Shown piece after piece: positions 34,601-40,000 of a stretch of 40,000 nucleotides of DNA (position 1 is the first letter of the stretch; each line of letters starts with the position of its first letter). Below the pieces are notes generated by a model, which ran no database searches, was not told the DNA's origin, and worked only from the letters and a program-made list of their open reading frames with translations. Made by a program: the position numbers and the translations under genes. Source of the stretch: Thalassomonas actiniarum (GTDB lineage Bacteria > Pseudomonadota > Gammaproteobacteria > Enterobacterales > Alteromonadaceae); contig NZ_CP059735.1 in NCBI RefSeq assembly GCF_000948975.2, positions 4,422,603 to 4,462,602 on the forward strand. The letters are read 5' to 3'.

Positions 34601-36592
34601 TTATTGGATGGAATTGACAATAAAATCCAGTACCGGATCGCCGGAGGAAGCATAAGCTAAATCGAATAAAGGCTCAGGTTTGCTGATCATGCCACGCTCG
34701 ACAATCTCAGATATGACAGTAAAGTCCAACAAACCTGTTTTACCGACAAGTAAATTATCAATAGCCCCGGTTTTGGCAAGACTCAGTACATCGCGAAAAC
34801 CTTTCAAATACAGGTAATCCTTGGTAAATCCTCCCCCCCGATATACCCGGGTGGTCAAAGTGAAAGCGGAAAGTTTATCAAGGGCAAATTCATTCATCAG
34901 ACTATGATAAGTTTTGACAAAATCGCCATGCTCCAGCATATATTGCACCGCGATCACCCTTAAGGCGATGGTTTTTAACCGCTTAATGGTCAAACTGCCG
35001 GAGCAGTACTCGCTGTAGAGGGCCAGGCCTTCCTGGGTATGGGTATTGCCGGTTAACCCTAAGCCAAAAATCTTTAACGGATGCCGCCTGGCATTGATCG
35101 TAGTCAGCATATGAATACCCAGCTCATGGTATGCAAACGCCTGTAACTCTTTCTCGGTAAAAACCGCTTCCTTGTTGATCAAGAGCAGGGCTTTTTCATT
35201 ATTCACCATGGCTTTCGCTACGATTTTTCCCGACTTTTCTACTTTACAGTTTAATCCCCATGCCTGCGCCCGAGCTCTGAAAAAAACAACCGCGTCATCA
35301 GCCCCGAGCACTTTTTCCTGCTGCTCTGATTCAATATCCTTTAAATGCAGAATAAACCTGGCGTTGGCAATATCGGTATGACCGGGTTCGCCGTAATATT
35401 TTAACGAGTTATAAATAAAATCTTCCGTGCCTATGGTGGTGAGCAAATCGATTTTACTCGCCAGGTTGTCGATAACATGGCGATACAGCTGCTGGATATC
35501 GGCATCATTGACCTCATCGACCGGCAACTTGTATAAATCTTCCCTGAATTTATAGGGATTGATATTAAGCTGCTTGTAATTAAAGCTCGGGGCAATATAA
35601 CTGTTTTTCTTTAAGAACTTATTTCGTTGCGCCGCTAAATTGATCGGGTTGATAAAGTTTAAGGTTTCAATATTTTTACAAAGAGCAAAAAATTGCTTAT
35701 CTAAGGCCAAAACCTCGGGGCTGATATTAGAAGATAAAATATCGGCCTTTTGCGTTCTTTTCTTTTTCCCGTAGCGGCGGACAAAAAATGCCGCCGTTTC
35801 ACTGATAGCATTTTTAAAACCCGCTTTAAGCTCTTCCAACACCAAGGGGTAGACTTCACCAGTTACCTCATCCATAAAGACTTTTTTGACTTCCGTGGGG
35901 ATCACCAAAGTATTATCAAAACGGGCATTGATATGGGTGATCAAGTAACCCCGGCCATGAAAAACTTCGTCGCTGGCCGCCCGCACCTCCAGGTTAGGCA
36001 ATTCAATCTTATTCAGTTGCTTTTCAAAACGGTTTACCACATTTCCCCAGCGCTCAACGTCGATTTGGCCCGAGCCGATGTTAAAAGTGGGGGTGGCTTT
36101 CTCTATGCGCCTGTAGTTATAGGAATGGATATCAAAGACAATCGCATTGCTGAACTGTTTCTCTATGACGTTAACAATCGCTTCCAGGACATTGTAAAAC
36201 GCCTGATGTTTGCTATGACTTTTCGCACGTTGCTTCTGACTCAGGGGTTTCTCCCACACCTGCTTATTCCAGGCGGTTTTAAAATAAGTCGATAAGGTTT
36301 TTGCCCGGTTCAGATCATACTCGAACCGGGAGTCGTTGCCGATAAGCTGGATCGGGAACGAAGAGATCAACTCATCGGTATAGGGATCTTCTTCATAAAA
36401 ACGCTCTTCCCGGGTCAGCAGGAAAGCTTTTTGCAGATCATTTCTCAGCCGGTGACCATTATGAATAGCTGCGCAGATAATGGGCGTGTATTCATCTATT
36501 TTGACAATAAAGGCGCCGCCATCCACTTCAGCATGAAAACATTCCCCTTTATTGATCCGGGTGATACATTCTTGTTCAGACAGCGTTAGCAT
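34601..36592 (-). CDS. Fusion protein: N-formylglutamate amidohydrolase-like domain plus a QEGLA-motif (DUF1704-type, HExxxH) putative metallo-carboxypeptidase domain
   Basis: 663 aa. The N-terminal half has IICAAIHNGH...VFDIHSYN (FGase-like). The C-terminal half has AYHELGIHMLT (HExxxH) and NTHTQEGLALYSEY (QEGLA motif). Confidence 0.7.
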   Translation of the reverse strand: MLTLSEQECITRINKGECFHAEVDGGAFIVKIDEYTPIICAAIHNGHRLRNDLQKAFLLTREERFYEEDPYTDELISSFPIQLIGNDSRFEYDLNRAKTLSTYFKTAWNKQVWEKPLSQKQRAKSHSKHQAFYNVLEAIVNVIEKQFSNAIVFDIHSYNYRRIEKATPTFNIGSGQIDVERWGNVVNRFEKQLNKIELPNLEVRAASDEVFHGRGYLITHINARFDNTLVIPTEVKKVFMDEVTGEVYPLVLEELKAGFKNAISETAAFFVRRYGKKKRTQKADILSSNISPEVLALDKQFFALCKNIETLNFINPINLAAQRNKFLKKNSYIAPSFNYKQLNINPYKFREDLYKLPVDEVNDADIQQLYRHVIDNLASKIDLLTTIGTEDFIYNSLKYYGEPGHTDIANARFILHLKDIESEQQEKVLGADDAVVFFRARAQAWGLNCKVEKSGKIVAKAMVNNEKALLLINKEAVFTEKELQAFAYHELGIHMLTTINARRHPLKIFGLGLTGNTHTQEGLALYSEYCSGSLTIKRLKTIALRVIAVQYMLEHGDFVKTYHSLMNEFALDKLSAFTLTTRVYRGGGFTKDYLYLKGFRDVLSLAKTGAIDNLLVGKTGLLDFTVISEIVERGMISKPEPLFDLAYASSGDPVLDFIVNSIQ

Positions 36593-37622
36593 CTTCTATC
36601 ACCTGTCTGAATTCATTTTTTCTGCTCATAACCAATTCTTTCGCGTGGACAACACTTTCCACAAAATCAATCACCTGAGATTGCAATTTAGTGCGGTTCA
36701 ATTTATTGATACGCACTATGCCTCCCGGACTTAACACATTCACTTCAATTAATTTGCCGCCAATGACATCGATGCCGGTAAAATATAACCCGTCTCTGAC
36801 CAGCTTAGGGCCGATATATTTACAAAGCTTTTTCTCTTGCGCGGTCAGTTTATGTTTAACCACTATGCCCCCGGCATGCACATTTGCGCGTACATCATTC
36901 GACGCCGGCACCCGCTTCATTGCCCCGATAGGTTCGCCGTTGAGCATCAGGATCCTGACATCCCCTTCTTCAGCGCCATGGACATAATCTTGCAAGATCA
37001 CATAATTGCTGCCCTTGCCGGTTTCATCGCCGCCGATATAAAAGTCCAGCAGTGATCGAAAACTTTGCCGCGCGCTTTTTTCAAGTACGATGACACCGCG
37101 GCCGCCAAAACCATCCAGGGGTTTTAATATCATACGGTTGCTTTGTGACTCTTCAAAAATACGCTCCAGGTAATCCCGGTTTTTCGAAACATGGGTGGCA
37201 GGAATAAACTCACTTTCGGTATCCTGAAATGAAGCGGTATAAACTTTATTATTTGCCACCCGCAAGCCATCCAAATCATTCATGATAAAGGTATCGCCGC
37301 GCACCGAATCCAGAAAATTTAATGCCAGGGCATCCAGCGGCGGATTTGCCCGCATGATAATGGCATCAAAGCCGGCTAAAGGTAACTGCGCCCGCTTGAA
37401 TTTGGCATGTTTATAGAAACTGGGAATATTATCCGAACACTTGGTTTGCTTGGTGAACACATCGCAAAAGGCGCTGGCAACGCTATCACGGATAGTTAAA
37501 TTATTCACGGTGGATAAGGCGACCGTATGGCCGCGCTTAACGCATTCATGAATTAACCGCAATGTAGAGTCTGTTTCCGCTTCAACACGGTCCCAAGGAT
37601 ACATAATAAAACAAATTTTCAT
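36576..37622 (-). CDS. ATP-grasp ligase, glutathione synthetase (GshB)-like
   Basis: 348 aa. Motifs: ILKPLDGFGGRGV, GDVRILMLNGEPIGAMKRVPASNDVRANVHAGG and GIDVIGGKLIEVNVLSPGG. Its 3' end overlaps the downstream QEGLA gene start by 17 nt. Confidence 0.8.
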   Translation of the reverse strand: MKICFIMYPWDRVEAETDSTLRLIHECVKRGHTVALSTVNNLTIRDSVASAFCDVFTKQTKCSDNIPSFYKHAKFKRAQLPLAGFDAIIMRANPPLDALALNFLDSVRGDTFIMNDLDGLRVANNKVYTASFQDTESEFIPATHVSKNRDYLERIFEESQSNRMILKPLDGFGGRGVIVLEKSARQSFRSLLDFYIGGDETGKGSNYVILQDYVHGAEEGDVRILMLNGEPIGAMKRVPASNDVRANVHAGGIVVKHKLTAQEKKLCKYIGPKLVRDGLYFTGIDVIGGKLIEVNVLSPGGIVRINKLNRTKLQSQVIDFVESVVHAKELVMSRKNEFRQVIEDANAV

Positions 37623-37759
37623 TGGCTCGGCCTTTACAGGTTATACCCTAAATCAGGTAGAGAAATTTTTTGCGGAGCATACTGAAAACTTATGATCTTA
37701 GCAGCTCAATAATATTTATCGTTAGGATAAAAATTATTTATGCCACATCAGCTCCGGCA

Positions 37760-38110
37760 CTAGATAAAAGATCCGAAGCCGTCGGTATTTTCAGGTGTCC
37801 GGCCCTGACTTTTGGAAAACCCATGACGCACCCGGCTTTTTTCAACAGCATCGAGATATTTCTTCCATAATCTCACCGGATACAGGGAGCTTTCGTCACT
37901 GGTTTGCATATCACCGACAAACCTGATTTCTTCATCATTTTCAGGTGTCAGTGTCCCTTGAGAAAGCCCGGCAAAGGTTTTTCCGTATAACATCAATTCG
38001 TCAGACTCCCGTTTATTAAAATAACCACTGCGGGAAATGCCATGGGAAAAGCTTTGGTCGCCATAAAAAGGCGAGCTGCCTTTACGGATTGAGGTCTTCA
38101 TTTCACTCAT
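37760..38110 (-). CDS. maoP: DUF413 / MaoP (YifE)-like protein
   Basis: 116 aa. FSHGISRSGYFNKRESDELMLYGKTF...TPENDEEIRFV...RLWKKY parallels my recollection of E. coli YifE ([26 protein letters not shown]...EEEKLFV...RVWSKY). It is divergent from a LysR gene, as in E. coli maoP-hdfR. Confidence 0.7.
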   Translation of the reverse strand: MSEMKTSIRKGSSPFYGDQSFSHGISRSGYFNKRESDELMLYGKTFAGLSQGTLTPENDEEIRFVGDMQTSDESSLYPVRLWKKYLDAVEKSRVRHGFSKSQGRTPENTDGFGSFI

Positions 38111-38378
38111 CTCTCTCTGATTTGATAAATAACTTTAACTCGTCAACAGAGGTGAACAATCGATAGGCAGAGGCCTGCAAATCGGCATTCACACAGTTAA
38201 AAAGATACTTTTCTCTATTCGGCTCTTCATGCTCAGAATGCTGTTCAACACAAAAGTTATGGATATTGACAACCGTATCGATGTCGGGTTGGGAAAGCGT
38301 GCTTTGTGTAACCGGCTCTTGGGCCAGTAGTCCGCCGCTAAAGCAAACGGTTACCAAGGCATATGCGAGAGATTTCAT
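38103..38378 (-). CDS. Small secreted hypothetical protein (91 aa)
   Basis: Signal peptide MKSLAYALVTVCFSGGLLAQ. It overlaps the maoP-like start by 8 nt. Confidence 0.55.
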   Translation of the reverse strand: MKSLAYALVTVCFSGGLLAQEPVTQSTLSQPDIDTVVNIHNFCVEQHSEHEEPNREKYLFNCVNADLQASAYRLFTSVDELKLFIKSERDE

Positions 38379-38505
38379 AAATGCTCCTTTAATTGTTCAT
38401 CCAGATGAATGTATGAGATTTATTTTGCTTTGAAAAACAAAATATATTTGTCGCCACGATAAGATTTATTTACATTAGCCGTCTGACAAAAATAGGATTG
38501 AATCA

Positions 38506-39336
38506 ATGGATATTCGTGTTTTTAAAACATTTATCGCTGTTGCTGAATATAAGCACTTCTCACGGGCGGCAGAAACCCTGTACATTACTCAGGCCGCGGT
38601 GAGTGCCCGTATTAAACAACTGGAAGAGTTTTATGGCATGCAGCTCTTCATCAGAGAGAAGAATAATTTAAGGTTGACCCCCGCCGGTGATGCGCTCTTG
38701 CCCCACGCCCACTTAATGGTGAGCCAAATGGAGCAGTCAAAAATCTCGCTGTCGATTGCCAGCGAGCAAAAAAGCGCTGTCCATATTGCCGCCACTCCCA
38801 ATGTCTGGGATGCCTTTTTTAGCTCAAGAATCCTTGATGCCATCGCCTTGTTCGAAAATTTAACCTTAGGCACAGAAATCTCGGTGCGCGAGGCCATCCA
38901 AAGAAAATTAGACGACAGAAGCCTGGATATCGGGCTGTTGACAGACCCCATCAAAGATGATGACTTTGTCAATGATCTGATAGGGCACTTCGATTTATCC
39001 CTGGTCGGCAGCAGACCGGCATTCGACGCCGGGGTAGAAGATTATATTTTAATTGACTGGGGCATAACCTTTCAAAAAGAACATGCCCTGCACCATAAAG
39101 TTATTCCCAGCTTTAAAACCTCTACCGCCATGATAGCGTTAGAAGTCATCCTTTCTAAGGGGGGATTTGCCTATCTTCCTTCAGAACTTGTTACCGACCT
39201 GGTCAGGGCACAGGACTTATATCGTATTGAGACCCCTTTGCAAATCAAGCGTCCCATTTTTATGGTCTATAGAAAAAATAACAGCAACGGCCAATTGATC
39301 GACCAATTTAAAAGCTTACTGTCTAAGATTCAGTAA
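38506..39336 (+). CDS. LysR-family transcriptional regulator (HdfR-like by position and N-terminal similarity)
   Basis: The HTH region FSRAAETLYITQAAVSARIKQLE is followed by a LysR substrate-binding fold. It is divergent from the maoP-like gene. Confidence 0.8.
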   Translation: MDIRVFKTFIAVAEYKHFSRAAETLYITQAAVSARIKQLEEFYGMQLFIREKNNLRLTPAGDALLPHAHLMVSQMEQSKISLSIASEQKSAVHIAATPNVWDAFFSSRILDAIALFENLTLGTEISVREAIQRKLDDRSLDIGLLTDPIKDDDFVNDLIGHFDLSLVGSRPAFDAGVEDYILIDWGITFQKEHALHHKVIPSFKTSTAMIALEVILSKGGFAYLPSELVTDLVRAQDLYRIETPLQIKRPIFMVYRKNNSNGQLIDQFKSLLSKIQ

Positions 39337-39655
39337 TCCGCCACCGGGCCAAGCCCTGCTAAAGCCAGTTGGAGAAGATGGTTTTCGGTTAACTTTTGTT
39401 CATGAGCCAATATGGGGCAATAAAGCCTTTGTTGGCAAGATAGCTCCAACACCTGCGACACCTCCCCCGCGCCAAGTAAACATTTAGCTGCGCTAAGAAA
39501 TGATGAAGTGACAGCCGCCATCGCGCCCTGCTTACCGGGTGTAAGTCCCTCACTTATGCCTGCAGCCCTCTTTGGCTGCAGGGCAAGCTGAAATACTCCG
39601 TGAATCCCCTTGCTCTTTGCCTTCCTGGCGCCGTAGGATAAATACATTCGTGTAT

Positions 39656-39686
39656 AAAAAAGCAATGGCATTGCCATCGCTTTTTA
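39656..39686. terminator. Bidirectional hairpin terminator downstream of the YbaK-like gene
   Basis: AAAAAAGCAATGGCATTGCCATCGCTTTTT: an imperfect palindrome flanked by an A-run and a T-run, 23 nt after the minus-strand stop at 39709. Confidence 0.55.
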
Positions 39687-39708
39687 TTAATTAACAGCCC
39701 GAAAAAGC

Positions 39709-40000
39709 TTAGTGGATCACTTCCCTGCTAAAACGGATATGTTTGCCTTTGCTCATCATTTGCTCAAAAGCATCATGATCCAGGCGCAACAGGGTCTGAT
39801 GATCGCCCGCTTCAATATAGACCTGATCCAAGGAGTCTAACTGCTGATCGCACACCACAGGCATATTATAAGCATCACCGATTGGCGGTACCGCACCATG
39901 GTCGCAATCGCTGAACATCTGATAGATATCGCTTTCCTTCACCAGTTGATAGCTGCCGCGCAGTTCATCATTTAAGGCCGATAAACTGACCTTATTGTTA
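39709..40000 (-). CDS. YbaK/EbsC-type aminoacyl-tRNA deacylase domain protein, partial (N-terminus beyond the window end)
   Basis: The frame stays open upstream of the track's GTG to base 39999 (NNKVSLSALNDELRGSYQLVKESDIY...). GAVPPIG and YIEAGDH fit the YbaK-domain C-terminal half. Confidence 0.6.
   Translation of the reverse strand, partial: NNKVSLSALNDELRGSYQLVKESDIYQMFSDCDHGAVPPIGDAYNMPVVCDQQLDSLDQVYIEAGDHQTLLRLDHDAFEQMMSKGKHIRFSREVIH

Noticed and set aside
20650-37622. Numerous antisense or out-of-frame ORFs inside the housekeeping genes (for example 21145-21402, 22736-23056, 24650-24919, 25474-25891, 26617-26982, 28129-28497, 30314-30884, 33105-34506, 35750-36295, 36691-37055)
   Set aside because: They are embedded in genes with strong conserved motifs. 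The cluster in the high-GC peroxidase gene is the usual GC-rich shadow-frame effect.
39330-39677. Minus-strand 115-aa ORF between the LysR and YbaK-like genes
   Set aside because: Its start codon sits inside the terminator hairpin (39656-39686) of the upstream gene. It has no SD and no recognisable motif, and its composition is Ala/Leu/Gly-rich. I cannot exclude a shorter real gene here.
1-40000. CRISPR arrays, tRNA and rRNA genes, prophage structural genes
   Set aside because: I saw no regularly spaced direct repeats other than the attC sites, which are palindromic and of variable length with ORFs between them. I recognised no cloverleaf-like or rRNA-like segments. This was by eye only and needs tRNAscan or Infernal to confirm.

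Overview
This is 40 kb of a gammaproteobacterial chromosome. The core genes look like ygiQ, ybiT, rlmJ and a maoP/hdfR-like pair; no finer taxonomic call is attempted. The window has three blocks.

(i) 1-7220: a two-component system (partial histidine kinase plus an OmpR-type regulator) lies divergent from a HlyD/MacA-like adaptor, a MacB-type ABC ATPase and a double-FtsX permease.

(ii) 7.3-20.6 kb is an AT-rich accessory block. It holds a SymE-family toxin gene with a plausible antisense RNA, a small secreted Cys-rich peptide gene, and a complete chromosomal integron. The integron has intI (19559-20560, +), attI with an adjacent LexA-like box, and 14 minus-strand cassettes (9116-19367). I delimited an attC by eye for each cassette. 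For 10 cassettes, the cassette's own 5' TTRRRY, read with the preceding G, is the exact 7/7 complement of its own R'' box.

Two different attC-invading elements sit in the array:
- A class-C-like group II intron (10785-12713).
- An IS110-family IS (13957-15162). Its joined ends would form a TTGACA-17 nt-GATAAT promoter, and its 227-nt 5' non-coding arm carries a 10-nt guide-like copy of the attC/right-end junction.

Cassette cargo is mostly of unknown function. It includes a HEPN-motif protein, a membrane-anchored tail-collar-like protein, an Imm8-like protein, a GNAT, a COQ7-like di-iron protein, small membrane proteins and one ORF-less cassette.

(iii) 20.6-40 kb is ordinary chromosome: an S9 peptidase, ygiQ, ybiT, rlmJ, a SPOR lipoprotein, a GAF-GAF-GGDEF-EAL protein, a di-haem cytochrome c peroxidase, a QEGLA-motif/FGase fusion protein translationally coupled to a GshB-like ATP-grasp ligase, maoP, a LysR regulator and a partial YbaK-like deacylase.

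I recognised no rRNA, tRNA or CRISPR array. All homology statements come from motif recognition by eye; no searches were run.
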